Shown piece after piece: positions 48,898 to 63,840 of a stretch of 64,000 nucleotides of DNA. Positions within the stretch are counted from its first letter, which is position 1; every line of letters begins with the position of its first letter. The translations under genes were made by a program, and so were the position numbers. Under the pieces are notes generated by a model that was given only the letters and a program-made list of their open reading frames with translations, searched no databases and had not been told where the DNA came from. Source of the DNA: the human T2T-CHM13v2.0 reference genome, Homo sapiens; assembly GCF_009914755.1 (NCBI RefSeq), contig NC_060933.1; one strand, written 5' to 3'.

Positions 48898-49370
48898 ACA
48901 AGTGGTTTTTAGCCCTAGCTGTACATTGGAATTAGCTGGGATCTCTTCTTTTTTTTCTTTTCTTTTTTTTTGAGACAGAGTCTTGCTCTGTCATTCAGGC
49001 TAGAGTGCAGGGTGCGATCTTGGCTCACTGCAACCTCTGCTTCCCAGGTTCAAGCAATTTTCCTGCCTCGGCCTCCTGAGTAGCTGAGATTTCAGGCACC
49101 CAGCACCACTCTTGGTTAATTTTTGCATTTTCAATAGAGATGGAGTTTCACCATGTTGGCCAGGTGGTCTCGAACTCCTGACCTCAAGTGATCTGCATGC
49201 CTCGGCCTCCCAAAGTGCTGGAATTACCGGTGTGAACCACTGTGCCCAGCCTAGAATTAGCTGGGATCTTTTCTAAAAAAAAAAAAAAAACCTAATTCCT
49301 CAGGCCTACCTCAGGGATTCTCATATAATCTCTGCAAACCTGATGTTCAGCCAAAGTTGAGACCCACTAT
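48898..49370. mobile_element. MER5A-like hAT MITE interrupted by an antisense AluS (~48945-49251)
   Basis: agtggtttttagccctagctgtacattggaatt...cagccaaagttgagacccact; Alu TSD gaattagctgggatct. Confidence 0.75.
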
Positions 49371-50089
49371 TATAGGCACAGATAAACCACTGAAAAGTAT
49401 TGAGCAAGAAGTGATATGAGTGGGTTTAGAAAGATGGCGCTGGCAGCTAATGTTAAAGATGGCTTGGAAGGTTGAAAGAGGTTTCAGGCAGATCACTCTG
49501 GAGGCTGATGTAATGGTCCAGATAAGAGGTGAAAAACCTGAAATAAAGTAGTGCTAAAGGAGAGGAAGAGAGAGATTGAAGAATTAGGATCCGTAACATT
49601 TATCAATGGTGTTATCAGTGTTGCAGACAAGTGAGAGACAGATCAAGGATGACTAAGAGGTTCTTGTGTTAGGGGTTCAGGATAGGTTTCTCAGCTCAAA
49701 TCCCACCCCAGCTCCTCCTGGGTTCTCAACCACGGTTTCTGTACACATCAGGAAACAAGAGTGGGATGGATAAATAAAGCACCACTTTATTAGTAGATAC
49801 CTGATTATGCCCAATAAGGTACTCCCTGGTAAAAATAACTTGTGGAATGAAGCTTGGGCCCAAAAGGCTAAAGTTCCTTCCCATCTAGGATGGTCTGACT
49901 TCATTCTGTCTCAAGGAGAGGTATTTGTCAGAAAAGGAGAAGAAGAGAGAATGGAGATCTACCTGGATGAAATCTGCCCAGATTAGCTTACCACAAAAAG
50001 GCAAGAAGGGAGGAGGCTGGATGGCCCTAACAAGAGTGCTTACCATGGAAAACAGAAGATACAGAGACCCCCTACAACTTACTTACCCT

Positions 50090-50285
50090 AGTAGTTATTG
50101 CTGCTTACTATGAGCTAGACACTGTTCTTAGCACTTGACATATAGAAACTCATTTAATTCCCACACCTGCTCAAGGACGTATACATTGTTGTTATCACAT
50201 TCCCATTTTACAGAGAAGGAAACAGAGGCATAGAGATAAGCTCAATAACTGTCTAAGATTACATAGTGGCAGCACTGAACCCAGA
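50090..50285 (-). mobile_element. MIR
   Basis: gcttactatgagctagacactg...cccattttacagagaaggaaacagaggc. Confidence 0.75.
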
Positions 50286-51544
50286 AGAGAAGAGGTAGAA
50301 GGGGAGGCCTCAAGAGGTAGACCCCACTCTGTTGCCTGGAATTGAGGACAACAGAAAAAGTTGTTCAGAACATGGACCTGTAGGACCAGTAACCTTGCTT
50401 GCCAGTGAAACGTGGTCTCATCAGTATCTCAGGCTCTGACCAAATCGCTTGGCATCACCTCTTCCTTTAGTATGTTGTTAGGAAGCTAGGGTGAGGAGCA
50501 GAAGCATGGAGAAAGGAGACTGCAGTCTTCCACTTCATATCTTGTGTGTGCCATCTAGTAGATAAGTGGTGCCACCAATGGAGATAGAGTATATGGAGGA
50601 AAGGGAAGTGTGGAATGAGAAAATGAGTTGTGGACATGTAGAATTTGTGAGTAAGGAGAAGCAGTTAGAAATGCAAAGTTGGAATCTTGGAGAATGATCT
50701 GGAATAGAGTTGGATTTAGGGGACATCATCTCATAGTTTGTCCCTTCAGACTGCTTTCAAGGAAGGACCTTTTCTATTTTATATAGCATTGATTTACTTC
50801 CCAGGGCATGATGTTTCTACCTCATTAACTATTGTTGAGCGTGCAGAACAGAGTGAGAGATTCACTGCAGTATTTAGACACCTGTTTGATGGGCTGTTCT
50901 TTGCTGGGATCACAGAAATAAGAACAACAACATTCCAAAAATTACCATAAGGTTACCTGATCCAAATGACTTGCTACTTTCTATTAAGTCTGTTTCCTTT
51001 CTTTATTTTAATATTGTGATTATTACTTATTAATGTACCTAACATAGTATTTACCATTTTAACCATTTTTAAGTATGTAGTTCAGTTAAATTCATTTGTT
51101 TTTAATCTGCTTTTGCTTTATTTATTCTCAGTCACTGTAGTAAACCAAACAGGTGTGAACTTCTCCCTGCAAGTATACTCTTAAAAATTGTACTCTGTGT
51201 CTGCTTTCCCTTAGAATCATAATAGTTTTGAAGAGGAAGGGCTTTAGAGATTCATCTAATTCTATCCTTGTGATGATAAGGAAACTGAGGCTCAGGGAAT
51301 AAAAAGTTACTTGCTCATGATGGTAAGGAGTGTTCATGGCAAAGTGAGGGTCAGTTTTCAGTCTTCCTTGTCTGTGTTCTTTTCATTGTTTTAGCTGCCC
51401 ATGAAATTGAGCCTATGATTTCACTCCCTCATGCTGATTATTTTCTTCCCTCTTGAGGACACTTCAATTCTTTTAGGGTAAACCTTGCATTTGTATATGC
51501 TCAATAAATGCTTATTGAGTAGTTATTCCCTAGACTTTCTATCG

Positions 51545-51553
51545 TTTTTTTTT

Positions 51554-51584
<31 letters not shown>

Positions 51585-51867
51585 CAGAGTCAAGGTCTCA
51601 CTCTATTGCCCAGGCTGGAGTGCAGTAGCATGATCATGGCTCACTGCAGTCTTGAACTCCTGGGTTCAAGCAATCCTCCTGCTTCAGCCTCCTGAGTAGC
51701 TGGTACTACAGGCATGTGCCACCATGTCTGGCTAATATTTTTATTTTTGTAGAGACAGGGTCTCACTATGTTGCCCAAGCTGGTCTCAAACTCCTGGCCT
51801 CAAGTAATTCTCCCACCTCAGCCTCCCAAAGTGCTGGAATTACAGGGATGAACCACTGCTCCTGGCC
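51545..51867 (-). mobile_element. AluJ-like with ~40-nt T tract
   Basis: Antisense dimer. Confidence 0.9.
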
Positions 51868-53949
51868 TCATTCTTTTTTTTTCCTTCTTCTTTCCTCATT
51901 CTTAGAGAGAGGCATCCTATTACATTTTTTTAAAAGTCTGGAAATCTGACAGATTGATACAAGTTTATAATTAATTTTGTTTAATTTGTTTACATAAATA
52001 CTCACTCTGCATCAGGCCTTTTATCCTGCCCTATCTGCTGGGTCCCAATAGCCCTCTGTATCTTAAGGTTCTCAAAAGAGGCGAAACAGAAGGCAAATGT
52101 TCCAGGATTTTACAAATCAGTTATTATGAGCTCGAGCCCAAGCACTGATGAGATACGGGCTTTATAGAGGTTAAGTGAAGGAGGTGGTATCTGAGAAAAA
52201 GAGAGTCAATATATGTTTTCATTAATTCCACAGGAGAGGGCTTTAAGCAGAACTCCTTTTTTCCCTACCTTTTTATTTTGAAACATTTTGCCATACTCAT
52301 ACACCATCTCCCACCCACTCTATACATGTTTTTGTTGACCATTTTTTTCAAAACTAAATTTAGTCCTTCTGCTTTGCTCAGTTACTTAGTAAAAGCTCTA
52401 TGTGTAAAATTCAAACATGCTTGTGAAATAAAAGTGTGTCCTTTTTTTTTTTTTTACTAATAGCAAATAAAACTAAGCAAAAACCCTTACTTAGGTACAA
52501 CTAGACCTTGTGATATGAAGGGAAAATGAGCACAGTTCATTAATGAGTAAATTGTCTTTCTCCACTTAGGCAGTTGGTACTTATGAGTTGCCAGGTCATG
52601 CCTCTGACCCACCATCCCTGTATGCCTTCATCTGATTTAAGTCACCTCCTATTTGTGAATAAATTTGTCTGTTCCTCTTCTCTCTCTTAAAATAGCAGTG
52701 CTGAAAGCACTTCCATAGCTCAGTCATTTGAACATTTTAGCCGTGGTTTTCTTCCTTGCTAATAGTCTTACTTTCTCTCTAAGATTGCTTCCTACTCCAT
52801 GCTTATGAAAGCCTTCCTTATGCCCTTATCATTTGCTTCATTAATGTGATTTTTCCTTCTGTTGAATGCCTTTTCCCTCTCTCTCTGCTGAACCATTAAA
52901 TTATGGAGTGTATTCTGTAAAGTTTCTCTCACCCCACTTTAATTTCATGTGCCACATTTTTTCCTTTCTGAAACTATATTGCTTCCCACATTCGGATTTT
53001 AGAATTTTTCTTTTTAAAGAGATTGTATTTTTAATTATATTTGGCCTACTTCCCCATTGTCAATGCTTGTACCGTGTGAGAAGTCCCTAGGATGATAGTC
53101 ATGGTTTTTTCCCATCTTATTAGCTTATTATTCTCCTTGCCCACCCCCCACCCCTGGCAGCTTCCCACCCTCTCTAATGCTTCTGGAAGCTACTAAGAAG
53201 TTTAAGTGGCCTATGTGAAAATATGTCAGTGTCCCATTTTAGCATATATATGTAACATTTACAATTTATACCCCTGCCTACATCCGAGAGGGTTGTGAGG
53301 TGGCTTATGATGATAAAGAAAAAAACCCACATGTCCAACAGTACAGTTAAGAATAGTCAGAAAAGGAAATCAGAAACCACTTAAAGGTATCTGTAACACA
53401 ATGTACTTATCAAACATAAGAAGAAAATTCCTATAAAAAGTAAAAGAAGAACATAACCTTTTAATTATCTAACAACTTTGCTATTTTAGATTAGTAGTGA
53501 AAGAAGATTGTAATTGTGGTCTGAAAATATTTTTGTACGGTAACGAAATTACTGGCATTCTCACTGTTCCCCCTAGAAATTTTTGTTCTAAAATAGAGAA
53601 CCAAAGGGGTTTTTGTTAGTGTCCAGTTACTGTTGTTAACCTCTTTAGTCTGACTTTCCCATTCAAATTCACCCCTAACAGCTACCATTTATTGATCACC
53701 TGCCATGTACCAGACATTCAGCTAGGGATCGGATATGCATTATTTCATTTAGTTCTCATCATTAGGCTGTGAAATAGATGGTATTACTCTGTATTAGAGA
53801 TGAGGAGGGAACAGAGTCTAAGTATGTAATTAGATCAAAATTACACAGCTAGTAATTGGCAGAGTGAGGGTTTGAATCCAGGTCTTACTGAATACGAAGT
53901 CCATTCCCTTACCATTAATCTGAGTCTTCTTGTTAAAACATGTGTTGGA

Positions 53950-54284
<335 letters not shown>

Positions 54285-54589
54285 TTAACCTCCTTTTCCA
54301 GTTTTTACTCAGCACAGGGCTTCCTAATTTGGAATTCAAAGATATGCTTAAAATGGTATGCTGATTCACACATGTAAATATGCAAATATGTATGCAGAGG
54401 ATTAAATATTTTTTTTCTATGTCTTAGCATTGGGTTGAAGTTCTGAGGTGGGATTGACTGCCCTGTAGTGTCCTTGGAGGAGTCAGGAGAGGGGGAGAGG
54501 GGCAACAGGGTGAGTGTGAATGAGTAAGTACTGACCAGCTGTGTCTAACCCTGCTGCTAGCAGTTTGTGCTGCTTGGAGGCAGAAGGAG

Positions 54590-55040
54590 ACTAACATGTA
54601 TTGAGACTTGCACTTTACATGTAACATGTATTATTTCATGTAATTCTCATAACAGCCTTTGTGGTAAGTGGTTTTAACTTTAACTTATAGATGGCAAACT
54701 GAGGCACAGAATTAAGTAAGTTTGTCCAAGGTCACCCAAGAAGAAAATGGACTCATCAGTATTCCATTGATCAACACAGGCTTTTCTGACCCCAAAGCCC
54801 ACCATCTTTCCCTTATAGCATATTCTCATTTCTAATAATAGTACCTAACAACTATAATAGCTAAGACTTTATTGAGCTCTTACTATATGCCAGGCAGGTT
54901 TTTTACCACTTTACTGGATTACATCATTTAATCCTCACAACAGCCTGATGAGCTACAATTATCTCAATTTTACAGATGAGTAAATTGAGACAGAAAGTTG
55001 AAGCTAGTGAGTAGCAAATCAGGGCTAGTCTCTACTCTCA
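54590..55040 (-). mobile_element. Two tandem MIR fragments
   Basis: Repeated cores ttatagatggcaaactgaggcacaga and ttttacagatgagtaaattgagacaga. Confidence 0.7.
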
Positions 55041-56311
55041 GTCTACTTTTTTACGAAGTATAGCTTCACGAAGTTTCTACTGACTGTAGCTATGTTCTCT
55101 ATTCTTTCCTTGTAGCTCCCTTACCTGCACAATGAAAGTACAGGGCTTATTTAGAACACAGTTTGTTTGCCTTTTTGGGTAAGTATATTTAAAGGGGAAA
55201 TACTTTTCTCTGAGGAATTGCATATGAGTATAGTATTTTCCACTGTAGGCCTTGGATCTAGCAGGGCTATTTACATAAGTACTACTCGTGATACTTGGCT
55301 GTGATTAATTAAATAATGATAGTCTCTGCCTTCTTAGCCAGTTTACTAAAGATAATAAAAATGTAACCTTTTAACGATCAGATTGCAAGAATAGTTCTTA
55401 ACCTCAGTCTTTCCCACCAATACAATCAATTTATCAGTAGTGATTCACTTTCTGTTCTTCTGGCTAGTAGCTTGCTGTCAAGCGTAGGCTTTTATTGCTT
55501 TGTTTTGGTCAGTGCATGCTTGACTTAGCAAGCATGATGTGCTTCTGAAGTATCTACCATTTGCCTTTAGTACTGTGATGAAGCATATTCCCATGAAATG
55601 AAGTGACCTTTGCAGTATACAAAGCCAGTGCCTTACTCTCCTCCAGTCTTCAATATTAAGAGCATGGCAGTGCTTCACGATGTAATTCTTTGACTTGTAT
55701 ACAGCTTTATTGCAGGAAGGAAACAGAAGTATTGGGTGCACTGAAGTGATAATGATTCAAAACCCACGTTCCTATTGTTCTTTGAATTTTTTTCTTTCAT
55801 CCTTTGCTGATGTTCACTTAACGGAACCCCTTTACAACCAAATGAAACTAGAGAATGAGGGAAGCTGGGTTTGATTCTATGCTCTGATCTTTACTAGCTT
55901 TGATGGCCTTGGATAACTTGTTTAACATCTCTACGCCTCAGTTTCTTCATCATGAGGATTAGAGATAACGTACTACAAGCACCTATTAAGAGTACACAAA
56001 CTGGCACAGAGCAGATGTTCTGTAAAGGGGAGCTGCTATTATTACTATTATTATTATTATAAAATTCAAAGTTGACCTTATGATGTAAAGGTTGGGATTT
56101 GTTTTGTTATGGTAGTAAATAGTGTTTCCCTATGGACTTCTTTGTACTGTTTATGTGCAATCCAAGGAAAACAGTGGAATAGTGTTTGCAGTAAGAAAAG
56201 ATAGCTCTTTGTTCCCTTCAGCAGACAAAAAGAAGCTCATTATCGTATCAACTAGTGACTGTTGGCTATTGAAATGGTTTATTTGTATGTTTTTTTCTGT
56301 TTCTTTCCTAG

Positions 56312-56454
56312 GGATTTATTTGTGGCTTTTCAATAGCAACAGGTGCAGCAGCAAGACTAGTGTCAGGATACGACAGCTATGGAAATATCTGTGGGCAGAA
56401 AAATACAAAGTTGGAAGCAATACCAAACAGTGGCATGGACCACACCCAGCGGAA
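56312..56454 (+). CDS. SLC44A1: SLC44A1/CTL1 internal coding exon (probably exon 3), 143 bp, phase 0-2
   Basis: ttttttctgtttctttcctAG acceptor; GTGAGT donor at 56455. Translates [47 protein letters not shown]+AA, with the CTL-family D-S-x-G-N-x-C-G motif, in frame with the previous exon. Confidence 0.97.
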
Positions 56455-58769
56455 GTGAGTAGACTTGCTGAATGATGAACACATGGAAACTTTGAAAGAG
56501 GCACAGAGAAAATCCTGCTGTTCTTGCTGTTTTAAAGATAATATCTTACCAAATATTATTTTTATGTGACTTCTGTTGGTGTGTTTGATTTTTTTTCACT
56601 GAACCCTTGAATGATTCTTCTTATTGGTCTACAAATAACATTCTTCAGGAAACAGAATTAGCTACCATGTTAAAATGGTCTACCTTTACCCATGTTAATG
56701 GGTAAAGGCTTGATTTGAAAAGGTTATTCTTTTACTCTTTTTTTTTCTTTAGCCTTTAAGTTATATACTAGTTTTAACCCTGTAACATATTTTCCTCTAA
56801 GATTATGCTTAATGGGAGACAGAGGGATGATAATGGATTTTGAAATATTAACATAATAGAAAATATTTTATGTTGTATCATTTATAAGTATACATCAGTT
56901 TCCAACTTTATAAAAGATACATTTTGTCAGACTTTAAAATTTGCTTTGGGTTCTCAATATTCATCTTTTAGATTTCATGAAATTCCTGACTTAATTGACT
57001 GTTTTCTTCAAAAGGGCTATCATTTTGTTTTTAATACCTGTAGGGAAAATAGATTTCATCTAGCATATTTTATGTATGATGCTAATATATTTGTACAGAC
57101 TATATATTTATGCCCCATGAAACCTTATTAGGCATTTTAAGTATCTAACTTGTTCTTCAGAATTAACAAAACTAATTTTAAGGTAGTAGGCTAACTAATC
57201 CAGTTAATGCACTTTATAGGAAAAGGCTAAGCAGGTATCATTTTTAAGGTTATAGGTCTATTATAAAGCATTTTCCAGGAAGGTGGTATGTAATAACTGT
57301 ATTTATTATTATATAAATCTGTCAGTTAAATCTGGGCCCCTAGTGGGAAGTATAAGATTAATTTGATAATGTCACAAACCTGAAGAAATCCAAATAGTTA
57401 ATTTCTCAGCGTTATTACTCCCATTAATGAAGATAAGATAATGCAGTTTAAATAAACAAAATTGTAAATAACAGCGATGAGTGTTTGTATGGCATCCCAA
57501 AGTCAACTAGCATGTGATACCACCCTGTGAGGTAGGTGAAACAGAGGCTTGGAAGATTGAAGTAATTTTCCCAAAGTCACATGTCTGGTGGGCTGTAGAA
57601 TATCCAGCCCAGAAGATGAGTTTTTCTCTTGATATGCACCTGTATCCATTGAGAGAAGTGAAAGTTGGACTCTTAGCAATTTGAAGAATTGTTACATTTC
57701 TTCTTCTTTATGATTGCTTCATGAAACTAATGCAAATTTTAGACTGTATGTTATTTCTTGTAGCAAGACTACGATTTTTTTATTTTTATTTTGAAATAAC
57801 TTTAGACTCATATAAGTTGCAAATATAGTACAGAGTTCCACAGTACTATTTTTTGTAGATAGCATCTACTCTGTAAAATATTATTTAACTCTTTAATGCT
57901 GCTGACAGGTATCAAATATAAAATATTACAATTTAGATAATTGAGGAGATAAGAGGAAAAGGGATCTGCTCCGTCAGGTCTTCTGCTTACATGGGATTGG
58001 AATCATTTTTATGGCTCCTTTCATAACTTGCCATGACTCCAAGCCTGTTCTCACCATAAAGTTTGTGTAAATGCTACTCTTCATGTTTAACCTTGTGGTG
58101 ATTCATCTGTTCAGTAGAGCAGGCTGCAAATACTTGGATTATTCTATGTACCTTTCAGCCTCTTCCAAGAGAGGCTACTTATGATTCTGAAAAAGTGGTC
58201 ACTATTCCCTGAATGTTTAGAATAGTCAAGAGCCATTCATACAGAGGGAAAATAGTTTCCCAGGTGTAGCTGTTCCTTAATTCATGTACGCATGTTTAAA
58301 ATTTATTTTTGATTTCTACTTCATCTTCTCTTACTGTATGACCTTTTTAGTGCTAACCTACTTAAGTATTTCTGTCTATAAGTGTTTTTGTAAAAAAATG
58401 AACAGACTTTTTTTTACCCTTCTCAGATAAGTCTATAATATTTCGATCTGAAAACAGACAGAAAAGCAGCAGTCTTTGTGTTTGTCACCTTCATTCCATC
58501 CTCTTCTTTCTCCTGAAAATGCATTGGTTTCCTTCCTTTACACTTATTTCCTCGTACTTCTTTGCTTCCTTATGAACTGTAGGCCCTTGTGTAGCTATAT
58601 AGTATTTTTACACCTGTTTTGTCTGCTAATACTTCAGCCTAACCTTGATCACTTTCTCCTGTTCCTTACTGTCAGCCGCTAGTACAGTAGCTGGTCTTAC
58701 TAAGACCTTTATACATATTTGTTGAAAAAGTCAACAAATCAGTCCTCTAAAATCTCAACTATAGCTCTT

Positions 58770-59105
58770 TCTTGACTTCATGAATATTGTTTCTTCTATC
58801 AGAAAAAAAATTCCTCCCAATCTGCACATGGCTAAACTCTACTCATCCTTCGGCTCTCAGCATAAATGTCACTTCCCAGAGAGGTCTTTTTGTTCTCATA
58901 ATTTAAATCCAATATTCAAAAGTACTCTCATTATATCCTGTAATATGTGTAATTATATACTTATTTTTTGATTATTTGTTAAATGTGTATTCTAAGTGCC
59001 ATGAGAGAAGAAATGAGATATATTTGATTCGCTGCTATGTCTCAGATCCTAGTTCACTGCCTAGAGCATAGTAGGCACACATTTAAATGCTTGTTGAATG
59101 GATAA
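58770..59105 (+). mobile_element. L2 3' fragment
   Basis: Ends catagtaggcac...aaatgcttgttgaatggat. Confidence 0.7.
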
Positions 59106-59889
59106 ATCAATTTATTTCCTTAGAATATGTTTTAAGAAGTAAATTAGTGAGTCTGAGGATTTGTATATTTTAAAATTATTAATGCATATTGCTGAATGGC
59201 TTTCCATAAAGACCGTTCCATTTATATTCCCACCAACAGTGTTTGAGATTGCTTTATCTTTGCTAGTATTATTAGTTTTTATTATTTACTAATTTTTTAA
59301 GCCAGAAAATGGTGTTTTATAGTTTTAATTTGCATGTCTTTGATTATTAATGAGTGTGAACCTTTTTTCCCCATGTTTGTTAGCCTTTCATGAAGACTGT
59401 TGTGCTAGCGTATCTATTCTTGGTCGTCTTATCTCTAATCTGCTCCATCCTTTATACTGTGATAAGATTAAGTTGTTTAAAATAGGGCTCTTATGTTGTC
59501 ATTTCCCTCCTCAAGAGCCTTTCCTTTGGTGGTGTTGTCTATAGCATCAAAGAAGAGCCCACTCAGCCCTGCCCTTCCAGGACTCCTGTGATGTGGACCC
59601 GTTTCACCTATTCAGTCTCCTCCCACTGTTCCTCAGTGTGATGTTCTTATTGTCTGGGACATTCAATTGATTCTTACCTCTTTGCTGTTCCTTCTACCTT
59701 TCTGCCAGTCTGAATTCTTGAAACACTTAAGATGTGTCTCATAACTAACCTCTGTATGAAATGTTTCAAAACTAACCTTATCCATAGTGAGCTTTCCTTT
59801 AATTTGATTACCTGAACGTCCCTATATTATACTTGTTATTCTACTGCCTTCAGTTTGCACTCTAATTATATTGTGTGTTTCTCCTCTGT

Positions 59890-60180
59890 CTGTATTAATT
59901 GGCAGTTGCTAGGTAACAGTATTACTGTAAACTTAGTGGCTTAAAACAAGACACATCTGTGATCACTTTCTGTAGGTCAGAAATCTGGATGTGGCTTACC
60001 TGGGTCTTCAGCCACAGAGTCTCTCATAAGGCTGCACTTAAATTGTTGGTCAGGGCTGGGATTTCATCTGAGGCTCAGTGAGGGGAGGTTCCCCTTCTAA
60101 GCTCCTGTGGTTGTTGGCAGCATACAGTTCCTTGAGGGCTGTTGGACTGAGGGCCTTTGTTCCTTGCTGGCTGCCATTTT
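59890..60180. mobile_element. MLT1 (MaLR) LTR fragment
   Basis: aaacttagtggcttaaaacaa...ttctgtaggtcagaaatctg...gggtcttcagc...aaggctgc. Confidence 0.75.
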
Positions 60181-60329
60181 TTTGATGGTGGGGATCAGGG
60201 TGGTAGTAATATATTTTGAACTCTGATTGGGAATTCCAAAAACATACTTTTTCTGTCACATTCTAGATTGTCTACAATCTTTAGGTCTATAATATATAAG
60301 TAGGCTTAGAGTATATATGTCAATTTTAG

Positions 60330-60651
<322 letters not shown>

Positions 60652-63393
60652 TTATTACTAATATTGTTATTATTGCCAGAGAGGAAGCTCGCTGTCTTCC
60701 ATATCAATTTGGACAGAGCAGAAATGGTCCTGTTTAGTTGCAAGATGCCTGAATTAGTGAGTGTGTGGACTGAGCTGGGACAAAAGGTCTAGCTTTGTTT
60801 GCCTCTGGGGAGAAGATTGGGGTGAGGGCAGGGATGTTGTGCTTCTATCAAAGATGCTCCCATGTGCTGGGTGCCTGAGATGGGAGAAGATATGGCAAAG
60901 TGGTGGTAGCTCTTAGTAAGCATAGGCCATCATTGTAAAACTGGGTGACAGTAAGTAAGGAACTGCTCTTAATCTTTTTGACATAAGTATTAAGTCATTA
61001 TTAGAACTTTTCCCTCATTCTTCAAACAGTCCTAACACAGAGCTTAGTGTCTACTTTCTTTGTTACTCCAAGAAGTTTTCCCAGTGTATCTCACACATCA
61101 GTATCAATTATTCCATAGAGGTTTTAAACATATATTTTTGCACAAATCTAATTTTCTTTTTTATCTTCTTGTCTTTCTTCCAAGGAAGGCATTTAAAGTC
61201 CCAGTCACTGATAAAGTCTCCATTGCCCTAAAATGCCTCTCCAATGTCAGATAATCTGTATTAACAGGTTGTAAAGAACTAGAGGTCTGCGGAGGATGAT
61301 AGCATCTATGTATGAGTAAAATCTATAGGGGGTGCATTTTATTTGAGCTCTTTTCAATTTCCTGCATAATCTTTACCAGATTACCTAGTAAAAACAGAAT
61401 CAGAGTGTGAGTTTTACTTCTTTCTCTTAATTGTTCTCATTGGCAAGATACTCAAAGTTTAAAATGTATGTGCTAAAACAATCCTTGAGATCATATTACA
61501 GGTGAAGAAACTGAGTCTAGGAAACATGAGTGACTTGATGGAGACAGACCAGCACTCAATTCTCACCCTCAGTCGGTGCTCTTCGCATCATACACTAAAA
61601 TAGATCTGGTGAGCTGTATGGTAATTCCAGTTTCCCACCTTTTTTGCTTTGGGAGTTTCTCCCTCCTAACGTTTAAAGATGAAAGAAATTTTTAGGGGAA
61701 CTTGACGAGTCCCCATTCACATTAAAAAAACTTTGAAAGGCACCAAAGCCCTTATACAATCTAGGAAGGCTTTGAGTAATTTGAAGGCAATTTTGTCTAT
61801 TTCTTTCTCTGTCAAATAAAGAATATGAATTGTGATGATGAACTGCGTTTTTTTGTTTGGTTTTTTTTTTTTTTACCATTTGTATGTTTTCAATATTTAC
61901 TGAAAAATACTTAGCTTCAAATTGATAGTAGGGTTTTTTTAAGTAAGATAATTGATTGTTTAATAAACAGTGGTCTTATTTTAAGGAAACTCCATATTTG
62001 CAATATCTACACATATACAGAATAGGACTTTAGTGGCCACTGATCACCTTCTTTAAAGTCATAGTCCTGTATCTTTAGTGTCTCTGGTTCAGTCTACCCC
62101 GTGATCACATATTAACTTATGCAGAGGATTATTTAGGGGATTGTACCAATATGAAAACTGTGCTCACACTTTAAATGATTGCCAAACTTTCTGGGCCTAT
62201 ACTATACCACATAACCATCTATTTTAGGGAGAATATTATTCTTTAATTAGCATGTAAAACATGCCTCTTTTGAAGACTTTTTAAAGAGTTACTGAATCTT
62301 ATCGACTGTGCATACCTGTTCCTGTTTGAAAAAGAACTAGAAAAATATAGATAAAATATGCTAAAATATTTGCATGGAAGATCCTCTTATCAGCTAAGCA
62401 CTTGTACAGTGTTTCATTATGTGACTAGGACTTCTCTTCCTCGTGATGACTTAAATCATATTGCTGTTTACTGAGTGACTATCCTTCACCTTTTTTGAAA
62501 ATTATGTTTATTATTTTATTTAGCCCTCAGCAAATATTTATGGAAAATCAGCTGTGTCCTACAGACCACTATTACGAATACTAAAATAACAAGCGACCTA
62601 AGTGGTTGAAAAAAGCGTTTGGTTAAATTCATTCATTCATTCATTTGTGAACTCTGTTTCCTGGCCATCTTCTTTGAGTTAGGCACTTGAGATTATAGTC
62701 TTGAGCAAAATAAACATACTTTTTTTTTTATCTCATGGGAATTACAGTTTTGTGGAGACAACAATAAAATCATCATACAATCACAAATTATTATAGCTAT
62801 AGGAAGCGTTTTGAAGAGAGAGGTGTAAGGGTATGAGAGGTTATAATGGGAAGGCCATGAGAAAGGTTACAATGGGAGGTCCTGGCCCGGTCTTAGATAC
62901 TGTGGAGTCAGTAAAAATGATGCTGTAGAAGTATGTCCATAGCATGCAATATATGCATAACATTATTAAGGGAAAAATGAATTGCAAACCAGTATGTACA
63001 GCATGATTTTATTTATAAATGTAAAAATATACATGTACATAGAAAAGTATAGAATGACATGAAAATGTCAACAGTGTGATTAGCTGTTGAATTATGGATG
63101 GTTTTAATTTTATACTTATCTCTTTTTTCCTAAATTTTCTATAATCGATATATACATTACTTGGGTAATGGAAAAAAAGGATAAAAAGACATCTGTAGTC
63201 CCTGTGCTTGAAGACCTTGCATTCTAGTGGGGAAGACAAAATACATAGAGAAATTATGACAGTTCAGTGATGAAATGTCATGTAAAAGTGTTGTCTATTG
63301 AAAGCTGAGTGACTCCACTTTCCTGAGTTCCTAACAGCAGGCTGGTGGGGAGAGGAAAAGAAGGCAATTTGGTGATAGTACTGGAACCACCAT

Positions 63394-63840
63394 TGTATTA
63401 CTTTCCTAATGTTGCTGTAACAAATTACCATAAAGTAAGAAGCTTTAAACAATGAAGTTCTGTAAATCGGAAACTGAAGCAAATTCATTGCTTTTAACAA
63501 CGAAGTTCTGTAAATCAGAAGTCTGTGCACAGCATGGCTTAGCTGGTTGCTGTGGGTTTTGAAGGCTGAAATCAAAGTGTTGACAGGGCTGTGATTTTTT
63601 TCTTGAGGTTCTAGGGAATGAATCCTCTTCCAAGCTCATTGAGGCTATTGACAGAATTCAGTTTCACATGGCTGTAGGACTGAGTTCCTATCTCCTTGCT
63701 GGCTATAAACTGAGAGTCAGTTTCAGCTTCTGGAGGTAACATATATTCTATAGCATATATTCTATGGCTCATGACTCCCATCCTCCAGCAAAATTGGGTC
63801 AGATTCTCAGTCTTGAATCTCTCTGACCTCCCCTTAGGGC
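63394..63840. mobile_element. MLT1 (MaLR) LTR fragment
   Basis: tgtattactttccta...gctgtaacaaattacca...aggctgaaatcaaagtgttgacagggctg...ttccaagctcatt. Confidence 0.8.

Noticed and set aside
55051-55076. tacgaagtat...cacgaagtt resembling loxP half-sites
   Set aside because: No 13-bp inverted arms with an 8-bp spacer; chance similarity.
56122-56475. 117-aa ORF overlapping the SLC44A1 exon
   Set aside because: Wrong frame; the real exon is read from 56312 in a frame not listed in the track.
63448-63520. 25-bp internal direct repeat in the MLT1 relic
   Set aside because: Ordinary slippage duplication within a decayed LTR.
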